Assembly: GCA_963768055.1 (NCBI GenBank)
Contig: CAVYGN010000002.1
Location: 1,728,001 to 1,792,000, forward strand
DNA length: 64,000 nt
Direction: 5' to 3'
Origin: an uncultured Spirochaetota bacterium
GTDB lineage: Bacteria > Spirochaetota > Brevinematia > Brevinematales > JAOACQ01
This document shows, piece after piece, positions 1-8,985 of the stretch (the stretch's first letter is position 1; each line of letters begins with the position of its first letter). The notes beneath the pieces are model-generated. The model had not been told where the DNA came from, did no database searches, and was given only the letters and a program-made list of their open reading frames with translations. The translations under genes were made by a program, and so were the position numbers.

Positions 1-2
1 CA

Positions 3-2399
3 TTAAATTCCCTCTTTGACCATAAACTTTATTTCAAAAACCGTGCCCTCTTTTTCACCGCTGCGCACAGATATCATACCTTTGTTTTTTGTCACCAGGG
101 AATATACTATGGATAGCCCGAGCCCGGTTCCCTTGCCCGCTTCTTTTGTCGTAAAAAAGGGATTGAATATTTTGGTGATATTTTCCTGCGATATTCCTAT
201 CCCGGTATCCGACACGGAAGTTATTATCATATTGTTGCTGTAAGAAGAGCTGACGGTTAAAACCCCTTTTCCGTTCATAGCGTCAATGGCGTTGCTGTAT
301 AGATTGACAAATACCTGGTGTAAATCTCCGCCGTAGACAAAAACCGGGGGAATATCGGAATAGTCCTTTTTTACGGTTATATCTATAAAATTCCTGCTAT
401 ACCTCACTATCCTCAGAGCTTCGTCCATAATGTCGTTGAGGTTTAAATTCGCGGGCTTCTCTTCCTTAATGCTTCTCGAATAACTCGACAGGTCTTTGAC
501 TATATCTGAGGCATGAATGGTGAATTCTATAATCGTTTCAGCGTTTTCCCTTATATTTTTAGATTCCGCCTCGTCCCTTATTATTTCTGCATTGCCGAGT
601 ATTCCGTACAGCGGATTGTTGATTTCATGCGCGACGCCTGAAACCAGGGTGCCCAGGGCGGCCATTTTCTCCGCCCGGTATAATTGCTCTTTCATTTCTT
701 TCTGCGCCGTGATATTTTTCATGATTATCCCGGCCTCGCGCATATCTCCGTTTCCCGAAAGCTCAAACAGCGTATAACCCAGCGTTTCTTTGCCTATGGA
801 TAGCTCCTGATCGTCAAAAATGTTTCTGTTTCGGAGCATTTTTATCTGGTTGATGAAATAATCCCTGGTTGCGCTGTTTTCTATCCCGATAACATCAAGA
901 ATATTGCAGCCTGTGATCCTTGACGGCTCCAGCTTCATCTCTTTGATAAAAGATTCGTTAAAAAAAGATATCCTTAAAGTCACCGTGTCGAAAACCGCTA
1001 TCGATGAAGGGATGTTCGATATAATGTTCCTCGCGGCGTCGACGGCATATATCTTATTCAGGGCTACTTCGATCTGGTTGGAAATTGTTATGAAAAACTG
1101 CCTGTAAGATTCCCTCATGTTCGTCCTTGCGGACGGTATGTCGAAAATGATGTAGTATGAATATTTGTCATGTATTAATATTGGAAGGATGATGCTTTCA
1201 TGGTTATTATTATCTTCCCGGCCCGAATCGAACAGATCGAGATTGACCGCCGAATAATAATTGACGCTGGAATAGCCTTGAAGTTTATCCTTCCAGATTT
1301 GAGCCGTGTATTTATTGTTTAAAATTCTTTTTGGAGGTTTATCCATGTAAAAAACCGACGGTTCGTTCTGAATTTCAAACTGTTTATTAAAAACCAGGTA
1401 ATATCCCCTCAAAAACCCCATTTTTTCTATAATTATTTCAATTACCTTTTCCAGGGTATCCCTTTCCCCTTTGTAATAATTTATTCTTTCAGCCACTTCT
1501 TTTAAAACCGACAGTTTTTCAGCTTCCTCCCTGATAAACTTATTAGCGATCTGGAGTTCGTGAAGATCTTCTCTGCTGTCTACTATCGCTTTTTCGAGGG
1601 CCTTCGTCCTTTCATTTTCCGTTTCAATCGACTCGTTTTCTTTTCCGGCCGGGGGTTTGTTCATTATCAGGACAATTAATGCCGCCAGAAGGATCGTAAT
1701 TAATATGTCCTCCCGAACCGCAAATTTAAAATGAAATATATAAAAGCCTACCGTTTCCAGTACGACCATTATCAAAGCAATTGTTAACGTTATTATATTT
1801 TTAAATATCGGGTTTTTCATGTAAGAGATTTCATATACGCAGGAATCCGCCCCTTCAGCCTGACACTGGATTTCTTTTATTTTAGCCGGAGGCAGCCCCC
1901 ACATCGAGGGGAAGGCGGCATAAAGGCCTTTTATGGCATCGCAATTCAGCTTGCTCTGCGTGTGCCCGGGAAAAATAACGTATTTCAAAATACCCTTTGA
2001 ATTTCCGGTTGACGTATATTCGAACTTGCCGATCCTTGTATAAAGAGAACTGTACTCGGCGGCCTTTTTAAAAGCGATCAGAGGCGTTGAAACCAATTTC
2101 AATATATTCAGCATATAATTGAAAAAACTGTAGGAAAAATATCTTCCGGTTTCATACGCGACATCGGGATTTCCGGTAAATATCACAAGTTTTTCTAGGA
2201 ATGCATTGTAATAATCGAATGAAATCCAGTTATCCTTGTCCTCCAGGTAATCGAGATCCATGCCGGTTTCGATGACAAATTTCTTTAATTCTTCCTTGCC
2301 GAATCTTTTCTCTATATAAACAAGCACAGGTTTTATCACCATGCAGCTCAGATCGAAGGAAGCCTTGTCTATTTTTGAGAAATCCGGAGTTTTCAGCAT
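3..2399 (-). CDS. Membrane sensor histidine kinase: N-terminal HNOB/V4R-like ligand-binding region, 2 TM helices, GAF-like and PAS-like domains, HisKA-HATPase
   Basis: H-box AHEINNPL, N-box QVFVNLYSNAIDA, G-boxes DTGIGI and GKGTGLGLS; V4R-like C...EIQCQAEGADSCVYEI; two hydrophobic stretches near aa 200-245. The stop overlaps an ATG (TAATG) at 1-3, so another coupled gene starts at the window edge. Confidence 0.9.
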   Translation of the reverse strand: MLKTPDFSKIDKASFDLSCMVIKPVLVYIEKRFGKEELKKFVIETGMDLDYLEDKDNWISFDYYNAFLEKLVIFTGNPDVAYETGRYFSYSFFNYMLNILKLVSTPLIAFKKAAEYSSLYTRIGKFEYTSTGNSKGILKYVIFPGHTQSKLNCDAIKGLYAAFPSMWGLPPAKIKEIQCQAEGADSCVYEISYMKNPIFKNIITLTIALIMVVLETVGFYIFHFKFAVREDILITILLAALIVLIMNKPPAGKENESIETENERTKALEKAIVDSREDLHELQIANKFIREEAEKLSVLKEVAERINYYKGERDTLEKVIEIIIEKMGFLRGYYLVFNKQFEIQNEPSVFYMDKPPKRILNNKYTAQIWKDKLQGYSSVNYYSAVNLDLFDSGREDNNNHESIILPILIHDKYSYYIIFDIPSARTNMRESYRQFFITISNQIEVALNKIYAVDAARNIISNIPSSIAVFDTVTLRISFFNESFIKEMKLEPSRITGCNILDVIGIENSATRDYFINQIKMLRNRNIFDDQELSIGKETLGYTLFELSGNGDMREAGIIMKNITAQKEMKEQLYRAEKMAALGTLVSGVAHEINNPLYGILGNAEIIRDEAESKNIRENAETIIEFTIHASDIVKDLSSYSRSIKEEKPANLNLNDIMDEALRIVRYSRNFIDITVKKDYSDIPPVFVYGGDLHQVFVNLYSNAIDAMNGKGVLTVSSSYSNNMIITSVSDTGIGISQENITKIFNPFFTTKEAGKGTGLGLSIVYSLVTKNKGMISVRSGEKEGTVFEIKFMVKEGI

Positions 2400-2401
2400 A
2401 T

Positions 2402-2746
2402 TCAGTCCTGCCTGCTTGCCTTGAGACGCCTGTCAACCCCGGTGCGCCTGTCTTCATTCCGTCGTCTGTCGATGCCGGTATAATCTTCTCCCTGGGGTTT
2501 TGCGGAAACCACGGTTTCCTTCAGTTTTTCAATCGAATCATAAAGGTCCCTGACGGTTTTTATATGGGCTACTTTATTGATCGGAATGATAATGTCAAGC
2601 TTGTCTTCGATGTTTCCCATAATTTCCATTAGTTTTAACGAATCAAGGCCTAAATCGGCAACCAGTTCATCATCGGGCCGGTAAACCGAACCCGGTTTCA
2701 GGACGCCCTTCAATACTTTGTCGACTATTTCTTTTTTATTTTCCAT
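2402..2746 (-). CDS. Acyl carrier protein with Arg-rich C-terminal extension
   Basis: Phosphopantetheine motif DLGLDSL and typical IKTVRDLYDSI helix, then extra tail GIDRRRNEDRRTGVDRRLK. Start overlaps the upstream gene by 11 bp. Confidence 0.9.
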   Translation of the reverse strand: MENKKEIVDKVLKGVLKPGSVYRPDDELVADLGLDSLKLMEIMGNIEDKLDIIIPINKVAHIKTVRDLYDSIEKLKETVVSAKPQGEDYTGIDRRRNEDRRTGVDRRLKASRQD

Positions 2747-5150
2747 TCGAAGATACCCCTAATATGTGTTTATATTTTTCAAATATTTTCAAAGCCGCTT
2801 TCAGATCATCCCAATCATGCGTAGCAATATAGCTTGTCCTGAAGCCTGTGGCAATCTCAGGCACTGCCGGCTGGAGAACCGGATTCACATAGACGCCTTC
2901 GTCCATGAATATTTTGGCTGCGGCCAGCGTTAAAATTTCATTCCCCAGAATAACCGGTACGATCTGGGTCCCGAGAAATCTGGCATTGTAACCCATAGCC
3001 TCCAGACTGTCGCCCATAAACTTCGCTTTATCCATGATGTCTTTTCTCATTCCGGGCTTTTCCTTTATCAGTTTCAGAACCGCCCTGACTGTCGCTGCGA
3101 CCGATGCCGGAAGGCTGGCGCTGAAAATATGCGGGCTTCCTTTATGTTTGATATGGTCGATAACCCTGAAGTCTCCGGCGATAAATCCGCCCAGAGAAGC
3201 GAAACTTTTGCTGAAGGTACCCATTATCATATCCACGTCTTTTTCAATACCGGCAGCTTCGCAAGCTCCCCTTCCGTTTGCCCCGAAAACCCCGATCCCA
3301 TGCGCTTCGTCTACGAATAAACGCGATCCGTATTTCTTATTCAATTCGCTTATCGCCTTTAAATCGGGAATGGTGCCTTCCATGCTGAAAACAGAATCCG
3401 TTACAAGCAATACATTCCTGCCGGGCAGTTTGGATAAAACCTTTTCAAGGTTTTTCATATCATTATGACGGTAAACAAAATATGTCGCCCCTGAAAGTTT
3501 GGCAGCGTCGAACAAACTTCTATGGCTCCTCTCATCAAGGACTATTACATCCTCCGATCCGCATAATGCTGTAATTCCGGCCAGGTTGGTTTGGTACCCG
3601 GTGCTGCATATAACTACGGCCTCCCTGCCGAGAAATTCCGCAAGCTCGTTTTCCAATTTTTTATGTATGTCTAAAGTTCCGTTCAAAAGCGGCGAACCGG
3701 AGCATCCCGTGCCGTATTGATCTATCGCTTCTTTCGCCGCGTTCATCACTTCAGGATTACTGGCGGCCCCGAGATACGAGTTTGTGCCGAGCAGAACAAT
3801 TTTTTTGTCTTCGAGGTAAACGCAGGAATTCTGTGCCGTATTGAATTCCGGGTAATAATTGTAAATCCCCGATAATCGCGCCATGTTCGCCTTATAATAC
3901 TTCGATACTTTATTAAAAATATCACCGTCGGGGTAATCCAGTTGCAGCTTTTTAATTTCTTTTGAAATAAATATCAGGTTGGATCTGTTCAAAACATCCT
4001 CTTTAAAAGGATGGTGAAAAAAATTATCGGGTTGTTTGATCGAATCCGTAATCAGATGAGCCATAGTCCTTGAATATTCGCTGCTGTCACGGTGTCTGAC
4101 AAAATAAACAAGAGGCTGGGCAACGGCGCCCAGAACTAATTTGGGATCATAAGCCGTAATGCCCATTTCCAGTTTCTTCTTTCCAAGTTCGATTGCCCTT
4201 GAGAGGCTGAATATGTTATTTGCCTTGTATAAATGCGCGTTTTTATAATTGGTAAAATTATAATCGACCCCCCAGTACATTGTATAATAAGTATGCTCAT
4301 CAAAAATATTGAAACTGAAAGCGACGATTTGATCGCCGTATTTCATCAGCAAAACTTCACTGCTGTCTCTTAGCATGTCCGCCGCCGATTCGAAAAATTC
4401 CGGCGTAAAATATTCCCGTTCATATTCGGACGCTTTATCATAAACCTGTTTCCAGAGCGATGAGAGTTCATTTTTGTACTTTTTATAATCTCTGATAAAT
4501 TCATATTCAATGCCGAATTTCTCCTTGATTCGGAAAGACTGTTTATAGTAATCGGCGGCCCTGTTCTTTTTTTTCAAATCGGAAAAATATTCTTCGATGC
4601 TGTTCCATCTGACGTCCATAACGGCTTTTGGAAAACCGAGGGCCGGATAGAACCCGATAGGTTTCAGGGTTTGATAATAACGATCGAATTTTTCATAAGG
4701 GACATCGCGGAAAACCTGGATTTTTACGCCTTCCTCGTTGGAAATATCGTCCATTTCCCGGGCGGTTCTTTCCAGGATTGATTCGAAATCTTCATCATCT
4801 TTAACCATTAAACCTTCGCCCAGCAAACAGATATTCGCGCATTCAAGGGTTTTAAAATTTAAAAAATCCGGGTAAATCTGTTTGATCCTTTTTCTATAAT
4901 CGCTAAGGATAGAGGTATCCATCGAAGAAAAATCCGTGAATGCGATAAACAGGTTGGCCCTGGCTAATTCATACGTTTTGTCATGAAATAGAAGATAATA
5001 ATAGACCAGATTATTAATGCCCGACTGTTCGATCATTTTCAGAGAGTTGTACTTCAACTGGAATGGAAGGGAAAGATTTTTTTCCCATGTTTCTTTTAGA
5101 ATGCCGTTTAAGGAGCGTAGTTTCTCTATTTCGATATTTATCCTACTCAA
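2736..5150 (-). CDS. Bifunctional GNAT/FemAB-like acyltransferase plus PLP-dependent alpha-oxoamine synthase (SPT/BioF2-like)
   Basis: C-terminal half: LGTNSYLG, GTGCSGSPLLNGT, DSVFSMEG, DEAHGIG, PLP lysine in GTFSKS. N-terminal ~390 aa is GNAT-like (YWGVDY...AIELGKKKLEMGITAYDPKLVLGA). Confidence 0.88.
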   Translation of the reverse strand: MSRINIEIEKLRSLNGILKETWEKNLSLPFQLKYNSLKMIEQSGINNLVYYYLLFHDKTYELARANLFIAFTDFSSMDTSILSDYRKRIKQIYPDFLNFKTLECANICLLGEGLMVKDDEDFESILERTAREMDDISNEEGVKIQVFRDVPYEKFDRYYQTLKPIGFYPALGFPKAVMDVRWNSIEEYFSDLKKKNRAADYYKQSFRIKEKFGIEYEFIRDYKKYKNELSSLWKQVYDKASEYEREYFTPEFFESAADMLRDSSEVLLMKYGDQIVAFSFNIFDEHTYYTMYWGVDYNFTNYKNAHLYKANNIFSLSRAIELGKKKLEMGITAYDPKLVLGAVAQPLVYFVRHRDSSEYSRTMAHLITDSIKQPDNFFHHPFKEDVLNRSNLIFISKEIKKLQLDYPDGDIFNKVSKYYKANMARLSGIYNYYPEFNTAQNSCVYLEDKKIVLLGTNSYLGAASNPEVMNAAKEAIDQYGTGCSGSPLLNGTLDIHKKLENELAEFLGREAVVICSTGYQTNLAGITALCGSEDVIVLDERSHRSLFDAAKLSGATYFVYRHNDMKNLEKVLSKLPGRNVLLVTDSVFSMEGTIPDLKAISELNKKYGSRLFVDEAHGIGVFGANGRGACEAAGIEKDVDMIMGTFSKSFASLGGFIAGDFRVIDHIKHKGSPHIFSASLPASVAATVRAVLKLIKEKPGMRKDIMDKAKFMGDSLEAMGYNARFLGTQIVPVILGNEILTLAAAKIFMDEGVYVNPVLQPAVPEIATGFRTSYIATHDWDDLKAALKIFEKYKHILGVSSNGK

Positions 5151-6807
5151 TGTACTTTCCTTTTAATCTGCCTTGCATATATTCCTCTCTCATTAAATTC
5201 CGCTGAATTTTACCGCTTGGCGTTACCAGGATCGTTTTAGGTTTAACCGCGATTATTTTTAACACCTTTAAACCCGTTTTTCTCAAGATGATCCTGTCTA
5301 TTTCAGATTCGATAAACCTGAGATCGTCCCCATGGGAATATGTCGTTTCGTATATTACAATCAGTTCTACAACTCCGGAAGAAGACTTCGATGCAGGTAT
5401 ATCGAAACAAACAACACGGTTCCTTGCAATCTGTTTCAATTCTTTTATATATGATTCAATTTCATAAGGAAAATAATTTTCACCGTTAATAATGAACATA
5501 TCGTCGGAACGCCCCAATACAACAAGATCTTTTCCCCGGAAAAAACCGAAGTCCCTTGTATTTAAAAAACCGTCCCGATCGGATAGCCCGACTTCTTTTC
5601 CGTTTATGTATGCGCTCGAAGCCACATTGTTTCCGTATATTTTAATCAATCCGTACGGATCCCTGGGGTTTTCCTTTTCTATCTTTATTTCTATATTTTT
5701 TAAACACCTTCCTACCGTCGGATAAAAATATTCGTTCACTTTAAAGATCCTGTAAGGACGGAAAGGCTTCGCGATAGTGACCGCCAGGGTCGCCTCCGCA
5801 AGCCCGTAACATGGCGAAACTACGCCTTTTTTTAAGCCGTACGGGCGGAAAGCTTTTTCAAATTCCCTGATTTTATTGACGTTAATCGGTTCCGTTCCGA
5901 TGCCGATCCATTTTAATCTGCTTAAATCGAAGTTGTATTTTTCTTCCCTGTTGAGTCTGCGTAAAATCCACTCAATCGCAAAATTTGGCATGCAGCATGC
6001 CTGTATACCGTATCCGGAGAGAATCGTCATAAAATTTAACGGATGTTTGGCGAATTGCGCAGGTGTTAAAAGAACCAGTTCGCTTAATGTTAAAAGACTC
6101 CCCAGGAACGATCCGACAAGCCCCATGTCATGGTACAGTGGGAGCCAGTTTGCAGACCTGAACGCGGCGGGATTTATTTCAAGCGTTGTATAGATATCTT
6201 CGATGTTCGCCCTCAGGTTTTTATAGCGTATTATGACGCCTTTGGGTTGGCTGGTGCTTCCTGAAGTAAACTGTATGAAAATGGTGTCGTCATCTCCGGG
6301 TATCTGCCTTTCCGCATGGACATCACGTGGATTATCAAAACCGGCGAATATTTCACTGTATGTGAATATCTTGAAATCCAGGCCTCTTTCATAGCAAACG
6401 GATTTAATATCGTCTTTTTCATTTTCATCGCATATATAAAAATGGAATTGGCCCATAATAAACGATATGCGGTTTTTAAAAGCTTCTGCCGATATGAACG
6501 ATTCCCTGGGGGGCATCGGAACTACTGCCGCCCCGATCCATATATGTGCCAGCCATAGATAAACCAGCTCCATTGAGGTTTTGGATGACAGCAGCACGCG
6601 GTCGCTTTTTTTTATATTATGGCTTATAAGAATGTCCGCCAATATCCCCGCTTTTTTATATATTTCCGAATAACTGCTGAACTGCATTTTTCTTTCATTT
6701 TCATTATAAAAATATATTCCCCTGCTTCCGCAATGTTCAAGATCGTCCCATATTTGTTGAAAGCAGTTTAAATGATAGTCGAATTGCCGGTTCTTATGTT
6801 TAAACAT
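5143..6807 (-). CDS. Fatty acyl-AMP ligase (FAAL-type adenylating enzyme)
   Basis: FIQFTSGSTSQPKGV, WLPLYHDMGLVG, CYGLAEATL, GRSDDMFIINGENYFPYEIE, TPSGKIQR. Stop overlaps the next gene by 8 bp. Confidence 0.9.
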   Translation of the reverse strand: MFKHKNRQFDYHLNCFQQIWDDLEHCGSRGIYFYNENERKMQFSSYSEIYKKAGILADILISHNIKKSDRVLLSSKTSMELVYLWLAHIWIGAAVVPMPPRESFISAEAFKNRISFIMGQFHFYICDENEKDDIKSVCYERGLDFKIFTYSEIFAGFDNPRDVHAERQIPGDDDTIFIQFTSGSTSQPKGVIIRYKNLRANIEDIYTTLEINPAAFRSANWLPLYHDMGLVGSFLGSLLTLSELVLLTPAQFAKHPLNFMTILSGYGIQACCMPNFAIEWILRRLNREEKYNFDLSRLKWIGIGTEPINVNKIREFEKAFRPYGLKKGVVSPCYGLAEATLAVTIAKPFRPYRIFKVNEYFYPTVGRCLKNIEIKIEKENPRDPYGLIKIYGNNVASSAYINGKEVGLSDRDGFLNTRDFGFFRGKDLVVLGRSDDMFIINGENYFPYEIESYIKELKQIARNRVVCFDIPASKSSSGVVELIVIYETTYSHGDDLRFIESEIDRIILRKTGLKVLKIIAVKPKTILVTPSGKIQRNLMREEYMQGRLKGKYIE

Positions 6808-6854
6808 AAGGGCTGCCTCTCAACATATTATAATATGTATATTATATTAATCAA
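6793..6854 (-). promoter_or_regulatory. Putative sigma70 promoter of the FAAL operon with two perfect palindromes
   Basis: Minus strand TTGATT (6854-6849), 16 bp spacer, TATAAT (6832-6827). Palindromes ACATATTATAATATGT (6823-6838) and CTTATGTTTAAACATAAG (6793-6810). Confidence 0.55.
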
Positions 6855-6894
6855 GTACCCTTATTTATCTTATATCTGTTGAATTATTCTATTG

Positions 6895-7557
6895 TTAAAT
6901 CTCATTGAACAGGGTTTTTATCGTGTCGAGAAGCTGCTCTTTCGTGATTGGTTTCTGAAGATAGGCCATTCTCTCCTTTTTCAGATCGTAATGTTCTACT
7001 TCCGCATCGAAATCTATAGCCGTTATAAATATGATCGGGACTATCTCGTCAAGTTTCCGGATAAGCATAGCCAGTTCTATACCGTCAAAATCCGGAAGGT
7101 GGATGTCCGTTATCACCAGATCGGGGATCAGGTTCTGAAACAGTAAAAGACCTTCCGCAGCGTTCTTTGCCGTGAAAACACTGAAATTTTCCTTTTGAAG
7201 CATGTACGAAACGGTTTTAGTTATATACGCCAGATCGTCAATCAGCAGAATATTGGTTCGAGTTAAATCTTTTTTTATTTCCCCCAACTTGGCAAATATT
7301 TCTTTTTGAATGGATTTAATATGTATGCTGATTTTCTGGTCGATGTTCCCTGAGATCCAACTTGAAAAACGTTCCTTTATCATTTGTTCCCGGGACTCGC
7401 TGTCTAATTTCTCAATCAGTTTCTTTTTTTCAACTATGGGGATTTTCATATTAAGAATTTCTATTACCTTATTCTTGTTCTCCTCAGAACGGCTGCGTTT
7501 TAATAAAAAACCCAGCTCAATTAGCATATCGCCATTAAAAGGATTGTCAGTATCCAT
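6895..7557 (-). CDS. Response regulator: C-terminal REC domain, unknown helical N-terminal region
   Basis: ILLIDD, LVITDIHLPDFDG, IFITA, YLQKP motifs; no recognisable DNA-binding output domain. Confidence 0.85.
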   Translation of the reverse strand: MDTDNPFNGDMLIELGFLLKRSRSEENKNKVIEILNMKIPIVEKKKLIEKLDSESREQMIKERFSSWISGNIDQKISIHIKSIQKEIFAKLGEIKKDLTRTNILLIDDLAYITKTVSYMLQKENFSVFTAKNAAEGLLLFQNLIPDLVITDIHLPDFDGIELAMLIRKLDEIVPIIFITAIDFDAEVEHYDLKKERMAYLQKPITKEQLLDTIKTLFNEI

Positions 7558-7603
7558 CTTTAACCTTCAGTTGTTAATCTTCCCCAATGTAAGCATATAA
7601 TAT

Positions 7604-7800
7604 CACTCGTGTCCAAATTAAATTATGAAAAAGCCTAATCATGCCTTATAATAAATTGGGTCGGCAAACCTAAATCATTACATAATAAGGAGATTAGGCT
7701 TTATGAACAATTCTACCATAGTCGGTCAGTTATTGCAAATGTTTCCGAGATTTGAATTTCAGAAAGCCGTTAAGGAAACTGGGGCATAATACCATTTTGG
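7604..7800 (+). mobile_element. Left-end remnant of an IS4-family element (DUF4372-type transposase N-terminus)
   Basis: IS4-like end CACTCGTGTCC at 7604; RBS AAGGAG then ATG 7703 giving MNNSTIVGQLLQMFPRFEFQKAVKETGA*YH (stop 7787-7789). The rest of the transposase is absent. Confidence 0.65.
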
Positions 7801-7827
7801 ATCAAAGCAATATGGGTAAGGGATATA

Positions 7828-8985
7828 TCACAAGTTCACAGGTTTTACCGAATCGTTCAGCAATTTCCACCAGTTGTCAGCATATGCAGGATTCTGGTCC
7901 TTGCCGCTTAAAAACCTGTACACTATATCCTGGGTATTTCCGTCCGCATAAAATTTTGCATGCTCGACATTATTTACAGTAAACGATCTAAACGGCATTT
8001 TGTATATTAAAGAGCTGTCCGTATGGACTGTCCCGTCACCATCGTTATTTTTTACTGCGCCCTCAAAATTTACAAAATTATTTATTCCATTTTTGTCCTG
8101 AATGACTTCCAGCTTTTTTACTGTTTCTTTACCGGTCCCTGCCAGGATTATAATATTCTTTTTTATTTCATCCGGAAGCTTATTAAGGTCGAATAAATTG
8201 TTTCTATATTCAGCCATTGATACTATTCTTTTTTTTATTAAATTTGCATTATCATTCAAACCGTTCGTATCGGTATTTATGAAAAGATTGGATTGCCAGT
8301 TATCGCTTTGCGTAAGATCGACATTTGTTTCCGTTCCGCTCCAGACTATGGCTCCGTCATTATACGGGACAAGCTCGAAGATTGCCGGCAGGGTCCGGGC
8401 TATATGGCGGAACTTGTTGTTAAAATTAAAAATATTAAAGGGAACAGTCGTACCCATGATCAATGCCTGTATTGCGATGAAGGCGCCTCTGAACGGACAG
8501 GCACCAATAATAGCCCTGTCCAGCATGGATAAGTTATTTTCGTTAAAGAGCTTCTTCAGATAAAATAAAAAAATATTTCCGCCCCAGCTATGGGTGATAA
8601 AATTAAATTTAATATTCCCGCCTCGCGATGCTGTCAGCTTATTAGTGAGGTTATTTACATAGTCGGATAACATACTTGCGTTGTAATCGCATGGCTTTCT
8701 CCAGTCATAAGTAAAAAGATAAATTTGATCACCGAAATCTTTTTTCAAGACGGAATAGAAATGCCTGTAAATATCTCCGATGATAAGGTAATCTGCAAAC
8801 ACCTTATTCTTTTCCACCAGCACAGAATCGAGCCTATCGAAACGATAATCCTCTTGGAGGGTCCATTGGTCCGGATTGAATCCTGCCATCTTGGACAGAT
8901 CATAAATGTCGTCATAATCGAGCGAATTACTGTTGACTATATGACCTCCAAGGAAGCCATGGATAAATATGATCGGGTTTGACAT
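7828..8985 (-). CDS. Alpha/beta hydrolase, LCAT/PGAP1-like lipase or acyltransferase
   Basis: IIFIHGFLGG oxyanion region, FTYDWRK, nucleophile THSWGG, GDGTV and late His (VEHAK). Confidence 0.8.
   Translation of the reverse strand: MSNPIIFIHGFLGGHIVNSNSLDYDDIYDLSKMAGFNPDQWTLQEDYRFDRLDSVLVEKNKVFADYLIIGDIYRHFYSVLKKDFGDQIYLFTYDWRKPCDYNASMLSDYVNNLTNKLTASRGGNIKFNFITHSWGGNIFLFYLKKLFNENNLSMLDRAIIGACPFRGAFIAIQALIMGTTVPFNIFNFNNKFRHIARTLPAIFELVPYNDGAIVWSGTETNVDLTQSDNWQSNLFINTDTNGLNDNANLIKKRIVSMAEYRNNLFDLNKLPDEIKKNIIILAGTGKETVKKLEVIQDKNGINNFVNFEGAVKNNDGDGTVHTDSSLIYKMPFRSFTVNNVEHAKFYADGNTQDIVYRFLSGKDQNPAYADNWWKLLNDSVKPVNL

Noticed and set aside
2736..3950. Calling the AOS domain biotin-pathway BioF
   Set aside because: No other bio genes; GNAT fusion and FAAL/ACP context argue for a long-chain lipid pathway.
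7752..7982. 76 aa + strand ORF
   Set aside because: Out of frame with the IS4 stub and antisense to the hydrolase gene.
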